Positions 27,766-36,826 of a DNA stretch of 45,006 bases are shown here, piece after piece. The stretch's first letter is position 1, and each line of letters opens with the position of its first letter. Under the pieces are notes generated by a model. The model did not search any database, was not told the origin of the DNA, and worked only from the letters and a program-made list of their open reading frames with translations. Source of the stretch: Opitutales bacterium (GTDB lineage Bacteria > Verrucomicrobiota > Verrucomicrobiia > Opitutales > Seribacteraceae); assembly GCA_038137235.1 (NCBI GenBank), contig JAYQBI010000001.1:1-45006 (forward strand), in the 5' to 3' direction. Position numbers and translations under genes: made by a program.

Positions 27766-30198
27766 TTAACGGGATGAACCCAGACCAACCGCAACTAAAT
27801 CTTCGACAATAGAATCTCTGGTATCCTGACCACGATTGGATTCAAGAATTGTGCGTCTCTGGGAAATTTCCTCTTTGGTAGATTCCTTATTCCTCATGAG
27901 GTAGGCTTGGGTGAGACATACAAAAACCGCCCGTTCTTCATTTCGCTCCAACTCCTGCCACTTCCCATCCACCGTAAGAGTGGATGCGGACTCGAGCAAT
28001 CTCATGATTGCAGTTCTTTCCTGGTTTGCCTGATCGAGCTTCTCTCTGAGGGCGGCTATGTCATTATCGAGTTTCTTAATTCTAACATCGTCCTTGGAGG
28101 AATTCCCATCCAATGAGCCCAGTAATTTTTGTTCATCCTCCGCTTTTTGTATATTGGAACGAATGCGGCGCTGCTCAGCATCAAATCCAGCTCTGGCCAA
28201 TCCCGGGGTTTTGGCACTTACCTTAAATCGGCGTAATTTTTTTGATGGTTTTCTTTTCTGGTCATCAGATTGCAGGTTAACCAATGCCCCGTCTACCTGA
28301 TCCGAAAAATAAGTCCGGGCTGCTTCCGCAGTGTACCCTTTATAAAGATCAGCAAAGGTTGCACCCTCATAGGTGCCTGGTTGCTTTTCGGTTTTATTAT
28401 CCAGGATGAACACAATGTAGCCCTGCCTTGACTTTCTGACAGAGCGTGTAAAAAACAACCGTTCGTTCAATCCGGCCACTTCCTCCAATGGTTCCCGGTT
28501 TGCCCTGCGTTCGCTTTCCCTTCGCTCAAGCCCAAGAACCATGGCCTGAGTACCCATTTCATTCTTCGAAAAAGAAATTTTTTGTACCTTTGCCCCCGCC
28601 TGATCGATGAGAGAAGAAAATTCATCAGAATTTCGGAACGCCGGGTAGGATGAGTATTGTGAGCCCACCTTATCACGAAAACCATTGAGCTTATCCAGGA
28701 AATCAAGGGCCGCATCACGGGCCAGCAGGTCCGCATCCTTGCGGGCATCTTCCTTATCCTGAGCAGTTACCCGTTTCAGGATCTCCGGCTTTGCTTCTTC
28801 AAAGCTTTGAGAAACGGTTTGAACGGAACCGTCAGTTTGATTTCCATCATTTGTATCCTCAACTGGAAGAGATTTTACAAAATCAAGTTGATTACGGTCA
28901 TAATAGGAACGGAGCCTTGCTTCATCGGGCAAGGATGGCTCGACCAGAAAATCAGCCGATAAAAAGATTGCCGCAGTGGCCAAAGTCCGGGGTGGTTCCG
29001 CAAAAGGTTCATCGTTGGTACGGTCTCGGTGAAACTCGCGCAGTCGTTCATCCAAACTTTCGCCCGATTTTATTGCGGCGGAGTTTGATTTCACCATCGG
29101 CATTTTTTGGGGCAACCGGTTGGGAAGCGGGAACATGGCCAGGATACCCTCTCCCTTTGTTTTGGATTCGAAACCAAAATCCTCCTTATCAATTGCCGAC
29201 ATTAAATTTTTCCGGAACTGGGAAAGGTTTTTGCCAAGTGGAACATACCGCAAAGAAGCGTTTCCTTCCATAGGAGAAGCCGAATAAACAAACTTTCGCT
29301 TTTTCGCTCCATACTCAATGGTGAGTGATTCATTGATTTTCGGTAATGTTTTAATTTCAAGAACTGCCCATGCCGGTTGCTCGAAAGAAAGATCATCAAC
29401 ATGCAATTCCGCGACTTCCCCATCCCATGCAAATTGATTGGCATGCAGGTCAATCTTAGCTTCCTCCTCCAGAGCATACCCACCATCAAGGAAAACTCTT
29501 TCCACCTGACGGGTGCGGAAGGAATCATAAAGGATGGATTCTGCATCCCTTCCGGAGACACCATGCCGACTGCCCACAAAAGACAGGGCACGGGTGCGGT
29601 TCTCCTCCTGATTCATCCCAGGAGCAAGACCGATTAGAAACTCATTAAAACGGGAATTGATGGCGGGATGATTCAGGTTCAAGGGCATAAACTGCCAGTT
29701 ATCCGCCTGTCCAGCCAGTGCCACTTTGGATTCAATTACTGACTGGAGGAAATCCTGCCCATAATTCCCCGACATTGCAATTTCACGGGCTTTCATGTCG
29801 TTAGGAAAGTTTGGCCACGCTTGCATATAGGAAAACATTTGTTGAAGCGCTTCACGGTCCACCTCTTCCTGATTTGCCTGAAAGGCTGCCTGCATCCGCT
29901 TCTGTAATCCAGCCATATATTCGTCCTCTGCCTGATTTAAAATTTCACGACTTGGGGACACTACTGCACCAAAGTCTGCGGATACCCTACTGGCTACATT
30001 TAAATACCTACGCTGATCAGGATCATTCCAGTCATAACCATAGAACTCCTTGCGTTGATGATTTGGGTCGGGAAAGAGATCAAAAACGGAAGAACCCTGT
30101 GAAAGATAGAGCACAAAGGAGACAACAACCAAAATCAAAAGAAGCACGAAAACAAACTTCCCTTTGGATGAGATAAAATTCTGCAAAGAGGTGATCAT
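27766..30198 (-). CDS. Large membrane-anchored periplasmic chaperone, SurA-N/PpiD-like
   Basis: MITSLQNF..FVLLLILVVVSFVL anchor, DEARLRSYYDRNQLDF and SFEEAKPEI segments typical of PpiD/SurA-N proteins; start moved to ATG 30198. Confidence 0.6.
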   Translation of the reverse strand: MITSLQNFISSKGKFVFVLLLILVVVSFVLYLSQGSSVFDLFPDPNHQRKEFYGYDWNDPDQRRYLNVASRVSADFGAVVSPSREILNQAEDEYMAGLQKRMQAAFQANQEEVDREALQQMFSYMQAWPNFPNDMKAREIAMSGNYGQDFLQSVIESKVALAGQADNWQFMPLNLNHPAINSRFNEFLIGLAPGMNQEENRTRALSFVGSRHGVSGRDAESILYDSFRTRQVERVFLDGGYALEEEAKIDLHANQFAWDGEVAELHVDDLSFEQPAWAVLEIKTLPKINESLTIEYGAKKRKFVYSASPMEGNASLRYVPLGKNLSQFRKNLMSAIDKEDFGFESKTKGEGILAMFPLPNRLPQKMPMVKSNSAAIKSGESLDERLREFHRDRTNDEPFAEPPRTLATAAIFLSADFLVEPSLPDEARLRSYYDRNQLDFVKSLPVEDTNDGNQTDGSVQTVSQSFEEAKPEILKRVTAQDKEDARKDADLLARDAALDFLDKLNGFRDKVGSQYSSYPAFRNSDEFSSLIDQAGAKVQKISFSKNEMGTQAMVLGLERRESERRANREPLEEVAGLNERLFFTRSVRKSRQGYIVFILDNKTEKQPGTYEGATFADLYKGYTAEAARTYFSDQVDGALVNLQSDDQKRKPSKKLRRFKVSAKTPGLARAGFDAEQRRIRSNIQKAEDEQKLLGSLDGNSSKDDVRIKKLDNDIAALREKLDQANQERTAIMRLLESASTLTVDGKWQELERNEERAVFVCLTQAYLMRNKESTKEEISQRRTILESNRGQDTRDSIVEDLVAVGLGSSR

Positions 30199-30280
30199 GT
30201 ATTGAATGAAATAAAAAGGGTCTAATGATGAAGACGACTGCTTATACGTCAAACCAATGCATTACCCCGATGGATACGAC

Positions 30281-31030
30281 TTAATTTGGTTTCAATATTG
30301 GATTATCCGAAAAAATCAGGGAACTCATCCAGCTTTGCCTCTTGCTCCCATCTTCTTTCAGGAATGGCCTCATTACCACCAGTTTTTCCAACTCCAATTG
30401 ATCGGCAGCATTTTCGGACCACTGGAGAAAGTATTTATAGGTTTCAGCAGGAATGACTTCGCCGGCCGAATTTTTCCCATCCGGTAATTTGACCTGAACA
30501 ACCAGACGGTTCCCGTTCCACTTCCATTCACCTGAACGTTTGCCGAGACTACCCACCCCGCTGACATGAACCCCTCCCTTCGAACCAAAAAGCATTTCCA
30601 ACGGGTAGGAGGCTTTACGGGATTTTCCGTCATTTCGGACCAGTAGCACCGGGGAACCATCATCATTGCTTATTCCGCTCCTCGTCTGAAACGCATAGCG
30701 AACTCCACGCTTAATCAAATAGTATTCATCCGGAGTTTTACCGTCGTTAAAATTGATTACCCGTTCACCATCCCCGATTGACCACTCTCCCTCACGGCGT
30801 GTCTCCTGAAGATCAGGATGCCGGAAGATGAGAACCGCTCTCATATCTTGAGATGCCTGACTTAATTCAAGGGAAATTTCACACTCTTTACCCTGCGTGA
30901 TAAGCACCCCATCAAACACTTCATGTACCCAGTCCATCATCTGCCCGGTATAACGGCCCGAGGGATCCTGCTGACCACAGGATGACAGCACCAAGGTCAA
31001 TACCACCAGCGGTACAAAATTTTGAAACAT
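30281..31030 (-). CDS. Lipoprotein with two beta-rich (NlpE-N/lipocalin-like) domains
   Basis: Lipobox LSSC; PSGRYTG, EGEWSI and SGEWKW motifs; start probably ATG 31030. Confidence 0.6.
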   Translation of the reverse strand: MFQNFVPLVVLTLVLSSCGQQDPSGRYTGQMMDWVHEVFDGVLITQGKECEISLELSQASQDMRAVLIFRHPDLQETRREGEWSIGDGERVINFNDGKTPDEYYLIKRGVRYAFQTRSGISNDDGSPVLLVRNDGKSRKASYPLEMLFGSKGGVHVSGVGSLGKRSGEWKWNGNRLVVQVKLPDGKNSAGEVIPAETYKYFLQWSENAADQLELEKLVVMRPFLKEDGSKRQSWMSSLIFSDNPILKPN

Positions 31031-31104
31031 AATCAAACGGCTTTGAATCATCAATCTTCCATCTTGGGACAAAGAATATGAAAACTCAATTCCTTAGCTT
31101 AATC

Positions 31105-32709
31105 TTATTCTTTTGGAATCTTTCGAAATTCACGGTGATAGATCCAGCAAGCCAGAAGAAATCCTACTCCAAAAAATAAAGACCATGCGGATCCAGACTC
31201 ATCAGTCTTCTTAAAAATCAGTTCAGCCGGGGTAATTTTTCCAACCGATCGGCGGATTCTCATTTCCGGGTAAAGCCTTGGTGCTTGATCCCCTTGTTTT
31301 CCAGGAAGATAAACTTCGCGATCATCAGTCCGTTTGATCAAAGAGAGCGTTCCTTCAACGGGATCGAACTTTAAATAATCCTGCCAGTTATGGTAATCGT
31401 CCTCGGAAGTAGCTCCTTTTCCAATAAATTGCCAAAGCTTCTTGCCAGATTCTTCATCATCCAACTTTTTAAACCTCCGGAAACTTAGCTTGATCATTCC
31501 ATCCGTTCGTTCCCACTCCCCTACCACATCCTGTCCGCCCGGGCCGTCCTCATCATAGGCTCCTGGCACAATTCCCCATGCCTGACCAGACCATAGGCCC
31601 AAGCCAAGTTGATAACGGTCAAGCACGCCATCCAGTGAATATTCGGTCCACGGAGATGGGTAAAAGAAGAGATAAACCTGGGAGCACAGGAAAGACATCA
31701 GACAAATCACTCCAGCCAGTCCGGTCATTCCCCTTTTGAATTTTAGGGAAGAACTAAGCTGTTGTTTTTTCCACTCCTTTTCGCGCAATAATTTAATTTC
31801 AGCAGCAGAGGGTCCAGGTTCTTCGGTGTGCTCATCAACCTTTACTCCGAAGCTCTCCACATCAATCATCCCGGGAAGAGCCTCCATGGAATGTGCCACC
31901 GTGGGAAAAGCCCGGTTAATCGATTTACCCGCCCATTCTCTCCACTCCCTCCATTCATCCGCTGCAAACTGACTTTGATCGATTACCCAAAGCACAATTT
32001 TTCCGAGTGCTTCAATATCCCAGAATTCTTCAGCCTGTTCTCCAAGCCTTGCATTTTCCGGGCGAAACTGAGCACTTAAAGCAAGGGATTCCTGAGCCTG
32101 TAAACTTTGGGAAGTATAGGTAACATTTGCATCCCCTTCAGGATTCATCGACGCAAAATTCTGCAGTTTATATAGTCCCAGTTCTGCAATCCATGCCTTG
32201 AATGATTCTGCGTCTTTTTGGATAAGCAGATTGGAAGGTTTTAAATTTCCATGAATTACACCGTATTTATGTGAACGGTCCAACCCGCAGTGAACATCGG
32301 TCATGATGTTTAGCAAATCTTTTGGTCCAATACCCTCGGGTTTCTCTTTCATCCATTGGTCAAGACTGTGCAAAAAAACCTCGCCTGTCTCATCACCCTC
32401 CAAGGGAACCTCAATCCTCTCACCTTCTATCCATGAATATGCCAGCCAATGCTTCCATTTCATGATTCCAAATGACTTCAGATTACAGATACCTGGGCCC
32501 TGCAATTGCTCAAGTGCCTGGCACTCCTGATTGAAAAATTCGGAAAAACCCGTTCTTTCTGAAAGTTCGCGTGGCAGAAGCTTAACAAACCTGTGTTCTC
32601 CCTTATTCTCGCCCTCTCTTTTTTCTCCCTGGTAACTTTGTCCACATGCCCCTTCATTAATCCATTTTTGGATTCTGAACGGGCCAATCCGGGTACCTTC
32701 CGAAAGCAC
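31105..32709 (-). CDS. Membrane Hanks-type Ser/Thr kinase-like protein, probable pseudokinase
   Basis: IGPFRI..INEGACGQSY, FVKLL, FNQE, IHGNLKPSNLLI, IAELGL; two TM helices flanking a periplasmic domain. Confidence 0.8.
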   Translation of the reverse strand: MLSEGTRIGPFRIQKWINEGACGQSYQGEKREGENKGEHRFVKLLPRELSERTGFSEFFNQECQALEQLQGPGICNLKSFGIMKWKHWLAYSWIEGERIEVPLEGDETGEVFLHSLDQWMKEKPEGIGPKDLLNIMTDVHCGLDRSHKYGVIHGNLKPSNLLIQKDAESFKAWIAELGLYKLQNFASMNPEGDANVTYTSQSLQAQESLALSAQFRPENARLGEQAEEFWDIEALGKIVLWVIDQSQFAADEWREWREWAGKSINRAFPTVAHSMEALPGMIDVESFGVKVDEHTEEPGPSAAEIKLLREKEWKKQQLSSSLKFKRGMTGLAGVICLMSFLCSQVYLFFYPSPWTEYSLDGVLDRYQLGLGLWSGQAWGIVPGAYDEDGPGGQDVVGEWERTDGMIKLSFRRFKKLDDEESGKKLWQFIGKGATSEDDYHNWQDYLKFDPVEGTLSLIKRTDDREVYLPGKQGDQAPRLYPEMRIRRSVGKITPAELIFKKTDESGSAWSLFFGVGFLLACWIYHREFRKIPKE

Positions 32710-32743
32710 TTTTAACCAAGGGTTAGAGATTGCTGTGTGGAAC

Positions 32744-33562
32744 TCATCCCCACTTTAATTTATTACGCATTACCCGGAAATGAGAATGCTTTTCCAATTC
32801 AAGTAGCGGGAAAGAGGAGTCTGATGTCGATACCTCAATGGGAAACTCAGGAACAGTTGTAAATGCATCCCTGCCATCAGCAAATACACAGGGAATCTGT
32901 TGACCACTCTGATTTTCCACGCGGATTTTCATGCCGGCAGGAAAAACAACCGGCCGGCTGGTCAGGGTGTGAGCACTGATTGGAGTCATTAACATTACCT
33001 TGGCTTCGGGATGAGCAATCGGTCCACCCGATGCCAGGTTGTATGCAGTCGAACCAGTTGGGGTTGAAAACACGATCCCATCACAGGCATATTCTGCCAC
33101 CAACTCCTCGCCGGCGTGCACAGAAAACCTGCCGAGCCTGCCACTTGAACCGCTCTTAATCACCAGATCATTAAGTGCGAGCATTCCCTCTCCCTGATTC
33201 GCTGAAAAGCCAAGCAGGCTTCTTTTTCTCACCCTGAATTTTCCCACAAGTACGGGAGGCACTGCTTCATCAAGTTCATCGGGCGAAATGGTGGCCAGAA
33301 AACCAAGCTTACCAAGCCCAACCCCTGCAACCGGAACATCATGTTTTACTGCATCCCCAAGCAGGTGAAGTAATGTGCCGTCTCCACCAACTGAAAAACA
33401 AACATCAGTTCCTTTCAAGAATCCGTCTGGGCATGGAAATTCATCCGTCCTCCGGACATCCACTCCTTGTGCCCTGCACAAACTTTCCAGTTTTTGACCA
33501 ACCTCGCTCGCTCCAGGCTTGGATAAATTGGTAACGATGGATACGAGTTTCAGGGGGTTCAT
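32744..33562 (-). CDS. nadK: NAD(+) kinase
   Basis: GGDGTLL, GKLGFL, ALND, DGIVFSTPTGSTAYNLASGGP; start moved to ATG 33562. Confidence 0.95.
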   Translation of the reverse strand: MNPLKLVSIVTNLSKPGASEVGQKLESLCRAQGVDVRRTDEFPCPDGFLKGTDVCFSVGGDGTLLHLLGDAVKHDVPVAGVGLGKLGFLATISPDELDEAVPPVLVGKFRVRKRSLLGFSANQGEGMLALNDLVIKSGSSGRLGRFSVHAGEELVAEYACDGIVFSTPTGSTAYNLASGGPIAHPEAKVMLMTPISAHTLTSRPVVFPAGMKIRVENQSGQQIPCVFADGRDAFTTVPEFPIEVSTSDSSFPLLELEKHSHFRVMRNKLKWG

Positions 33563-33612
33563 CAGTTGGATACTCAGGGACAGTAAAAAGGTAAACGCAG
33601 TTGCGTAATCGG

Positions 33613-34554
33613 TCAAGAATCAGAGACCCAGTTCAATTCCTCCGGATTAACTTCCTGTTTTTGATTAAGCAAAAACCTGGACTTAGGAGGAAAGCGGTTC
33701 CGGAACCATTTTCTTTGCTTGCTCACAAGTTTTCGGGTCGCGCTTGTAATTGCCTGTTTTAATTCCTCACGGTTTAATTTCCCTTCCAAAAACCACCCAA
33801 CTTCCCGATAGCCCACTGCTTTGGACAAACTGGGATGCAGGTTCATTCCCTTGGATAGTGCATCCCTGGTTTCATCAATCATTCCACTGCTTAGCATATG
33901 TTCAGTCCTTTTCTGAATTCGTGCTTCTATGTCTTCATTTTCCCGGTCCAGCCAGATCATTTCCTTGGAAAAAGTTGGATACGGTTTGGGCAAGGAATCA
34001 AATTCCCGCTTAATTTCGGCTAATTCCTTACCTGAAGAAAGACATCTTTCCAGTGCCCGCCTCACCCTTGCCTGGTTGTTTTGATCAAGGTCACCCAGTC
34101 CGGAAGGATTCATTTCTTTCAACCGCTTGACGCAGCCCACAAGACCTTCCGTCTCATACCATTGATCGACTTTTTCCCGGATCGATGGCGGAACATTCAT
34201 TCCATCCACTACTGGTTTCAAAAAACCCTCCAGGAAAAAACCACTTCCTCCAACAACCAGCATGGGAACTGACTGCTCAACCGACTGGTTTAAGACTCGG
34301 GTTGCATATTCATGGTATCGCCCCACATCGAAGACTTCATCCAGGTCGATTAAGTCAATCCCGTGATGGTTAACCTGTTTAATTTCATCAGGCCCGGGCT
34401 TGGCCGACCCTATATTCAAACCCCGGTAACACGATACCGAATCACAGGATAAAATTTCCGCATTATTTTTTTTAGCCCATGCAATTGCCCAGTCAGTCTT
34501 GCCTGCAGCAGTTATTCCACCAAGGAGTCGCAGTTTGCAAACTGTGGCTCCCAT
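33613..34554 (-). CDS. miaA: tRNA dimethylallyltransferase
   Basis: TAAGKT, DSVSCYRGLNIGSAKP, VGGSGFF, RVRRALE, AVGYRE, KQRKWFR; start moved to ATG 34554. Confidence 0.95.
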   Translation of the reverse strand: MGATVCKLRLLGGITAAGKTDWAIAWAKKNNAEILSCDSVSCYRGLNIGSAKPGPDEIKQVNHHGIDLIDLDEVFDVGRYHEYATRVLNQSVEQSVPMLVVGGSGFFLEGFLKPVVDGMNVPPSIREKVDQWYETEGLVGCVKRLKEMNPSGLGDLDQNNQARVRRALERCLSSGKELAEIKREFDSLPKPYPTFSKEMIWLDRENEDIEARIQKRTEHMLSSGMIDETRDALSKGMNLHPSLSKAVGYREVGWFLEGKLNREELKQAITSATRKLVSKQRKWFRNRFPPKSRFLLNQKQEVNPEELNWVSDS

Positions 34555-34571
34555 GCCGGTAAAAAGAGAAT

Positions 34572-35384
34572 TTATTTTGCCACCAAGGCACCAGTTAGGG
34601 ACTTGGTTTTGGCTGAAATCGAGGAAAGAATATTTTCCCTGCTGTCCAGATTTTGGGAAATACAATTGACCAGAGCACTACCAACCACCACTCCATCCGC
34701 TACCTTTGCAACTTCCCGGACCTGTTCAGGTTTGGAAATCCCAAACCCCACCACCACGGGTAAATCGGTATATTCACGAATGGAGGACACTCGCTCTGTT
34801 AAGTCACCAGCCAGATCATCCCGTTCTCCGGTGACGCCCTCTCTGGATACATAATAAATAAAACCCGAAGCCACTGCAGTAATCTTGGGAATTCTTTCCT
34901 TTGGCGTAGTGGGAGCTACAATAAACACATTGGCGAGTTGCTCGTGCTTGCAGGCATCAACTAATTCCACTGCCTCTTCCGGGGGCAGGTCCAAAGTTAG
35001 CAAACCATCAACCCCTGCCTCTTTTGACCGGCGGACATAATTTTCTATGCCCTGCGAAAAGATAAGGTTGTAATAAGTGTAGAAAACAATGGGCACATCA
35101 GAAAAAGTCCGGATTTCCTCGACCAGCCTGAAGACATCATCCTGAGTACAACCCGACTCCAGGGCACGCTGGGCAGCAAGTTGGTTTGTGAGTCCATCCG
35201 CCAGGGGGTCAGAAAATGGAACTCCCAGTTCAAGCAAGTCAACTCCCTGCTCAATCAAGGCTTTGCAAACCTGCAAAGATGTATCAAAATCCGGATCGCA
35301 TGCACAGACATAGGCTACGAACGAGGACATGCCATTTGCCTTGCGATCGGAGAAAAGTTTCGCGATTCGTGAAGAAGTCTCCAT
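34572..35384 (-). CDS. trpA: Tryptophan synthase alpha chain
   Basis: ELGVPFSDPLADG, DLPPEE, YYVSREGVTG, VGFGIS, DGVVVGSA; start moved to ATG 35384. Confidence 0.97.
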   Translation of the reverse strand: METSSRIAKLFSDRKANGMSSFVAYVCACDPDFDTSLQVCKALIEQGVDLLELGVPFSDPLADGLTNQLAAQRALESGCTQDDVFRLVEEIRTFSDVPIVFYTYYNLIFSQGIENYVRRSKEAGVDGLLTLDLPPEEAVELVDACKHEQLANVFIVAPTTPKERIPKITAVASGFIYYVSREGVTGERDDLAGDLTERVSSIREYTDLPVVVGFGISKPEQVREVAKVADGVVVGSALVNCISQNLDSRENILSSISAKTKSLTGALVAK

Positions 35385-35454
35385 AAGAAAAAAGGATCTT
35401 GAATCATTTCCAATCCAACCATTGCTGGCAACGGAAAACAATCATTCACCAGAG

Positions 35455-36747
35455 ATGATTTTTTTCTACCGCATCGCCTTTCCGCTCTTTGCTGTTCTTC
35501 TTTGTCCGTACTACCTCAGACGGATGTGGAGACGGGGCGGATATGGGCGTCAGCTTTTTCACCGTTTAGGAATCTGGCCTAATCTCAGCAAAAAACTTCC
35601 CAACACCAAGCGCATCTGGATTCAGGCAGTTAGTGTGGGTGAATTATCATCCATTCAAAAATTAGTGAATTCATTATCCGGAGATGACCGCATTGAATTG
35701 GTGATCAGTTCAACCACAAGTACCGGATTAAATTTTGCCGATTCCAATTTTTCCTCCCAGGTATTGGCACTTGGTCCCTTTCCCCTGGATTGGTGGCCGT
35801 GCAGTGTTTTGGCATGGTCAAGAATTCAACCGGATTTAGTCATAACCATAGACAGTGAGCTCTGGCCGGAACATTTCCACCAGGCACAAATTCGGGGTAT
35901 CCCCGTGGTTATTTTAAATGCGAGGCTCTCCGACCGCACCTATTCCAGGCTATCCCAGTCCTATCTCGGCCGCACTTTTTTACTGCCCAAAGGCCTGGAG
36001 ATTCTTACCACCTCAGAGCGGCAAAGATCGCGGTGGCTGGATCTGGGAATCGACCCGCAACATATTCAAATTTGCGGAAACCTGAAAGTGGACTCCGCCA
36101 GCTATCAATCGGTCTGCCCGGAACAGAAATTAGCCTTACGCCGGGAATTTGGCTTCTCTGGAGATTCGGTCGTTCTTGCCGGCATATCCACCTGGCCAGG
36201 GGAAGAGGAATTACTCATCGAAACAATTCTCGAACTCGGCAAACAAGGCATAGATGCACGCCTGCTGATCATCCCCAGGCACTCGGAAAGACGCAAGCAG
36301 ATCATTAAAATGCTTGAGCACACCGCACTGCCTTATCATGTAAGAACCGACAAGGAGCAGGCACCAGAAGGAACGATTATCTACTTGGCTGATACCACGG
36401 GAGAACTCGCTGAATTAATTCATGCCGCCGATCTTGGATGGATGGGTAAAACCCTTCCCCCCAACCGAGGCGGGCAAAATCCAATTGAGCCAATATCCAT
36501 TGGCTTGCCCCTTATCACCGGTTCAAATTATCAAAACTTTCGTGAGACATGTGGCGACCTACTGCTTAATGATGCCATGATGGAGGCATCTACCGCTGAA
36601 GAGGCAAAAATATTTCTAACTGATTTGGCTACCAATCCAGAAAAGCGCAAATTGCTTGGTTCGCATGCTCATGCCTGGAGAAAAAAGCAGGGATCGCCCA
36701 CCCTGCATTCACTCAACCGGATTTTTCAAATTCTGGAAATTCCCTAG
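35455..36747 (+). CDS. waaA: Kdo transferase
   Basis: IWIQAVSVGE, PLD, SELWP, NARLS, GNLKVD, IPRHSER, DTTGEL, GGQNPIEP; start moved to ATG 35455. Confidence 0.93.
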   Translation: MIFFYRIAFPLFAVLLCPYYLRRMWRRGGYGRQLFHRLGIWPNLSKKLPNTKRIWIQAVSVGELSSIQKLVNSLSGDDRIELVISSTTSTGLNFADSNFSSQVLALGPFPLDWWPCSVLAWSRIQPDLVITIDSELWPEHFHQAQIRGIPVVILNARLSDRTYSRLSQSYLGRTFLLPKGLEILTTSERQRSRWLDLGIDPQHIQICGNLKVDSASYQSVCPEQKLALRREFGFSGDSVVLAGISTWPGEEELLIETILELGKQGIDARLLIIPRHSERRKQIIKMLEHTALPYHVRTDKEQAPEGTIIYLADTTGELAELIHAADLGWMGKTLPPNRGGQNPIEPISIGLPLITGSNYQNFRETCGDLLLNDAMMEASTAEEAKIFLTDLATNPEKRKLLGSHAHAWRKKQGSPTLHSLNRIFQILEIP

Positions 36748-36794
36748 GATTGACCGCTTTCCTACTCCCTCTTTGTCTTGCCCCGGAGCTCCGA

Positions 36795-36821
36795 TATTGA
36801 TATTGAGACTCAGTATCAATA
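36795..36821 (+). promoter_or_regulatory. Fur-family-like operator palindrome directly upstream of phnD
   Basis: TATTGATATTGAG-A-CTCAGTATCAATA (13-1-13, one mismatch); the core matches GATAATGATAATCATTATC at 15 of 19 positions. Confidence 0.65.
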
Positions 36822-36826
36822 AGCAC

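Noticed and set aside
34572-35384. trpA without an adjacent trpB as a novel pathway
   Set aside because: Scattered trp genes are common, and the protein looks canonical
36748-36826. Pho box upstream of phnD
   Set aside because: No CTGTCAT-like direct repeats at 11-bp spacing are visible
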